DNA of 61,520 bases, the filler included. It is 7 parts of 7 records of this genome, joined end to end, with 100 filler letters (N's around TTAATTAATTAA, not from the genome) between each part and the next. Parts side by side here need not be neighbours in the genome. Positions count along the whole stretch, not along the records: positions 54,511 to 61,520 come from SRR2962707_5322; 6 more parts are not named here. The stretch is one strand, 5' to 3'. A program made the position numbers and the translations under genes. Below are positions 57,501 to 61,520 of this stretch, one piece after another. Each line of letters opens with the position of its first letter. Positions within the stretch are counted from its first letter, which is position 1. Under the pieces are notes generated by a model. That model did not search any database. It had not been told where the DNA came from and saw nothing but the letters and a program-made list of their open reading frames with translations.

Positions 57501-58335
57501 CCCACTTTTGCATCACACACGATGGATCCTATGCTGGAAACACTCGTAGCTGCTATTGGGGTCTTCCTTCCATCCAAGCTTCGGACCCTGCTTTTCCACC
57601 CATGGGTTACTGGCGTGGCTATATCTGGGGGTTTGTCGCGCTTTGTCTGCTGATCAGATTTTCATAAACACCGAACTTGCAAACATGCGGCAAGCACGTT
57701 GTATCTGACCCCAAATTGCGGATTCCATTTTTTCTGCTACAGCCCGATGGCGCAGCTGACATTTTGGTCGCTCCAGAACTATGATCACGTGCCTAGCGTT
57801 CGACAGGCGCGCAAGTCAATGTGTAAACAGCTTGCAGGTTGGCTAACTTTTGGTTGGCTAACTTTTGGGACACTCATGGTTGCAGCGATTGCAGTTTATC
57901 AGAAAACGTCAACTTTTGTTACTCACCTGTTTGTTCCGGCTTGGTTGGGTAGGTCTCATGATGTCGCAGTTTGATCAGCATCGGCATATTTGTGAGAATT
58001 ATAATCCCCACCAGGTTTGAGCATCTCTTTCACTTGTCCGCTGCTTTTCTGTGCAAGTGGTTGGCGTTTCGACGTAGCGGATGCCTTGCTGAATTTATTG
58101 CCTCTTTTGCCCAACTGGCGGCGCACATAGGACGCAGACACTTCACAAGGCGACTGCTCTGGTATGTGTCCCGTGCGACGAACGGGTAATGTTTGTATGC
58201 TCAGTACTCACTCGGTAAAGCACAATTTTGAGAACCATGCACATGCTTCGATTTGTACGGTTTGTAGGAACAAAATTTTACCACTGGGGAGCCTTGACGG
58301 GTCTTATTGGCCTTCAAGAGGATGGAATCTGGTGA
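54584..58335 (+). CDS. Secreted GH63/MGH1-like (alpha/alpha)6 glycoside hydrolase with N-terminal PA14-like and WSC-like modules, ~8 introns
   Basis: Hydrophobic N-terminus; FDWDNLF, RSEPPVG, ESGLDNSPMYD, YWRGYIWGP, CENY, FYHWGALTG across exons; first intron 55925-56009; stop at 58333-58335. Confidence 0.8.
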
Positions 58336-58451
58336 AAGCCGATCATCGTCGAGTGCACGCGCGAACATAGGTTACCCGCTGCGGTGTAGATGAATTACCG
58401 CATTGCGCTCTGCACTAGTATGCGCACGAAACAAGAAAAACAGTGTAAATT

Positions 58452-61450
58452 TCACTTGAGTTTGAGAAACAAAGCTCGCAGCACAGATCCTTCGGTCATA
58501 TTTTCGATCGCTGAGCCACAAGGTTCAGGTGATGCAGGTTGCCATATAACTTCAAATTTTTGAAGAGAAACTGGATTTGTATTTCTTGCGTCGCTGGACT
58601 GATGTGGGAGTCGACTTCTGGGTGCTTGATCACGGAAGTGAATCTTGCCAGTTGAAAGTGCAATTAGAGCACCATGAAACGTATTGTCAATGGGAAACAC
58701 CGATCCAGGAGAGGTGCTCTGTGACAACGTCGGTGTCAGAGTGATCAAATATCTATCAACCACGAACGTCAAGCAATGGAGTAAGGTAGCAACGATCACA
58801 ATCGTACATGCATCATCCAGTCAATGGAGTGGAGTGACAAACTGGGAGACGGTACTAACAAGCTTGCAAACTCGTTGTCCAAAAGTTTTCGCGAAACTTG
58901 TGACTGAGCCCCGTACAGAGCTTCTGACGATGAAGTATCAGTAGAGGCAGCCACAGCACCCTAGCACGCGAGTGGCACATAAGATCCCAAAGCAGGGAAA
59001 CAACGAGAAACGCAGAACGGGCGGTGAGATTGGCACGAACTTGATGTTGTGGAGGTCGAAGCACGCTGAATTCAAGCTCCCTTCGACAAGTGTCGATACC
59101 AACTCCGCCACAGCGAATATGATCGGGTGGCACTTTCGAGCCACTGCTAAAAAACTGGCAGAAGTCGGCCAATCAAGACGAAAACAACAATTTATAGCTA
59201 GAACAAAGAGCAGCTTAAAATTGGTGACGACACGAGATGCCAACAGAGCACGGACGGTAGCTGGAGCATCAAATCGAAGGGTGACAGGCCATCGAAACGT
59301 TGCAGAACGGTGGTGTGTATGTGTTGGAAATCGTGTTGTAGGATCCCTTGGGGGCGGTGGGAGAAAAGCGCCTGGCATGGCAGTGTACCTGCCAAGAAAT
59401 CCGGCATAGGGTGATTACGTCTTCACTTTGCCTTTGAAGCCCAACTCGCGATGTAATGCTTGAGCTGATTACAAAAGACGTACTCCATGACACGCAAGTA
59501 ATCGTTGCAAAATAGGACCCGGCACGCTTGGTCTCTGGGCAAAACGTTCTGAAGGACAAATCTGCAAAATTAGACGACGCAGTCAAGTGACAAAAGTGAA
59601 CGAAGTTGTGCCAACAGAAATAGTGGAGGCGGTAGGGACCAGCTCACTCAGTGTACCAACAGAATGTCATAGTCGAACTCGTACCGAACGGATGATGCTG
59701 GCAAGAACATGCCAATCTGACTCTGCGAGTGAAGGAGCACAAAAAACAAAAAAACAAAGTCGGACTGAAGCAATGTCCCAAGAAACAGCGACATGCAACC
59801 AAATTTGAGAACAAGATGACCAACCGCGGATCGACAAATCAAGTCCGCTCGGTCAGCGCAGAAAGCTGTTTGTTTTGCCACCGCTGCGTCAATTGGAGAG
59901 TCAATGGACTGTTGTATTTTCTTTGGCACTTTCACCTTACGTGTACGTTTTTTCTTGGGTTTCATGTTCTTTCAAAAGACACAATTTCACAATTTCACTT
60001 CCTTCGAAAAACAAGCGCGACAGATCACAGGGCACTGGTCTTTCCACCCACCTGCGGGGCCTTTTCATCGCAGCTACGAGATTTTCGAGTCCTAGTCTGT
60101 ATTAATTACCAGCAACAAAGTTCAGCCATGTATTGTTGTGACATCGCACATGCAATATGTTCCGACACAGACCTTTTTCCGAAGAGATCCTTCCAAGAAC
60201 TGTGCGGCTGAGTGATTAAACACAGAGGCTCCGAAAAGTACCACCTAAGTAATGAGTTTTATTGGATACATGAAATTTTTCTTGCGTTTCAAATAAGCCA
60301 GACATCACAAACAGTGCCATCAAGTGCAAACCTCAGAGGCATTGCCGAGGGCATACAAAACGGGCACAGGATGGCACCTTCGTAGCAGCCGTTGCATCTG
60401 TGCATTTGTTGGTCTGAAAGACCACACGTTCCACAAGAAAATCATGAACTGATAGTACTTGAAAACAGCTGGCCAAATTAGCACGGGCCTCAAGAACACT
60501 GCAAATTCATCGTACCGTGGATCAAGCAAAAAATCACTGACACAGACGTAGTAAACTGGGGGACCTATGTTAGGAACCCAAAGAGTTTGCAATCAAACCA
60601 AACACTTGATGAAGAACCGAGAGCTATGAGAAAAGGGCTAGCATGGCAAGATCAACTGACCTGGGGCAGAAAGCTTGAACCGCGACGTCGGCTGGTAGAC
60701 ATTGAAGCTAATTAAGTCGTGGTAACAATTGCACCTACATTTAGTTGACCAACATACCCGGGAAAATCACATTTGCGCACAGCCATAGATGCGCGGGCTT
60801 TTGAATTCAATTAACTTTGGAAAAAACGCTCGCTGAATAATGGAATCAAACCTGTTTGGGACATTATTTGGATGAGGGTGGTGAAAAGGACGCTTCTTGC
60901 TTTGCTGTGCCAAACTTCTATCATGCGCGTTGCCGCTGGAACGTGCAGCTGCGAAGTCAGACTTCAAACCGGCTTGGCTGCTGAAACCAGCTTCCTCCCC
61001 TTTTGAAGTCAACGTTGCGGATATCGCGACCGCGACATCGTCATCGTCATCGTCACTGTCTCCTGCATGTTTCGAGCACTGATCAAGCCTTTTCCACGCC
61101 ATGGCTCGACGTACTGGAGTTAATACGGTAGCTAGGGCAGGGATTACACACCGATCTTCTTCAAATGTATCACGATTTTCGTGGCGCAACACCACATAAT
61201 TGAGAGATCTCAAATGTGCGTATGCAAGAAAAAGCGGCCAAAAGAATGGACGGGGTCCTGTAAACAGTCGCTGCAGAATGTCTTTTTCCAGTAGAAGCGT
61301 TAAACGAAGTGTTGGAGCCGGTGCCTGTGCACATTCCGATGTTGGGCCCAGTGCAGCAGCCAACCCTGCACTCCTCGGCTCTGTAGTGTTGCGCTCTACC
61401 CGCAGCTTCTTGGTGCCTGGAGGTAGGTCGTCCAAGTCCGCCTCAGACAT
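58452..61450 (-). CDS. Uncharacterised multi-exon eukaryotic gene (exon structure unresolved; may be more than one gene)
   Basis: 227-aa ORF 60767-61450 plus a chain of minus-strand ORF segments ending at a stop at 58452, convergent with the glycosidase. Confidence 0.4.
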
Positions 61451-61490
61451 GCACGAGCCTGGAAGCTGAGGTTCCAGCTGAACTGCACTC

Positions 61491-61520
61491 GATGATGATG
61501 ATGATGACGACGACGACGAC
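61491..61520. repeat. (GAT)n(GAC)n microsatellite at window end
   Basis: Seen directly. Confidence 0.92.

Overview
This window is not one locus. It is seven unrelated contigs joined by artificial ~100-nt N spacers carrying TTAATTAATTAA (stops in all frames), so it is a metagenome concatenation and adjacency across spacers is meaningless. (1) 1-7621, eukaryote: a multi-intron ABCB/MDR transporter converging on an intronless class I aldolase. (2) 7721-15212, probably alphaproteobacterial: an IclR regulator divergent from an Fe-ADH / TRAP dctPQM / CoA-acylating (methyl)malonate-semialdehyde dehydrogenase operon. (3) 15313-23431: the end of a tRNA-Ser-associated phage-related island with a podovirus-type internal virion protein, DUF2971, a serine resolvase with an upstream inverted-repeat cluster, small cargo ORFs and att-like repeats. 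(4) 23532-31883, AT-rich marine gammaproteobacterium-like: a 2378-aa internalin-like LRR lipoprotein and a partial 2OG-Fe(II) dioxygenase. (5) 31984-47654, eukaryote: a >4700-aa secreted Cys-rich repeat protein with six C-type lectin domains. (6) 47755-54410, eukaryote: one spliced gene that appears to encode TWO complete polypeptide GalNAc-transferase catalytic domains and three ricin domains, converging on dynamitin. (7) 54511-61520, eukaryote: a secreted GH63-like glycosidase and an unidentified multi-exon gene. The best candidates for novelty are the tandem double GalNAc-T, the giant EPN-lectin protein and the island lacking tail/packaging genes after its ejection-protein gene. All family calls come from motif recognition by eye; no database searches were run.
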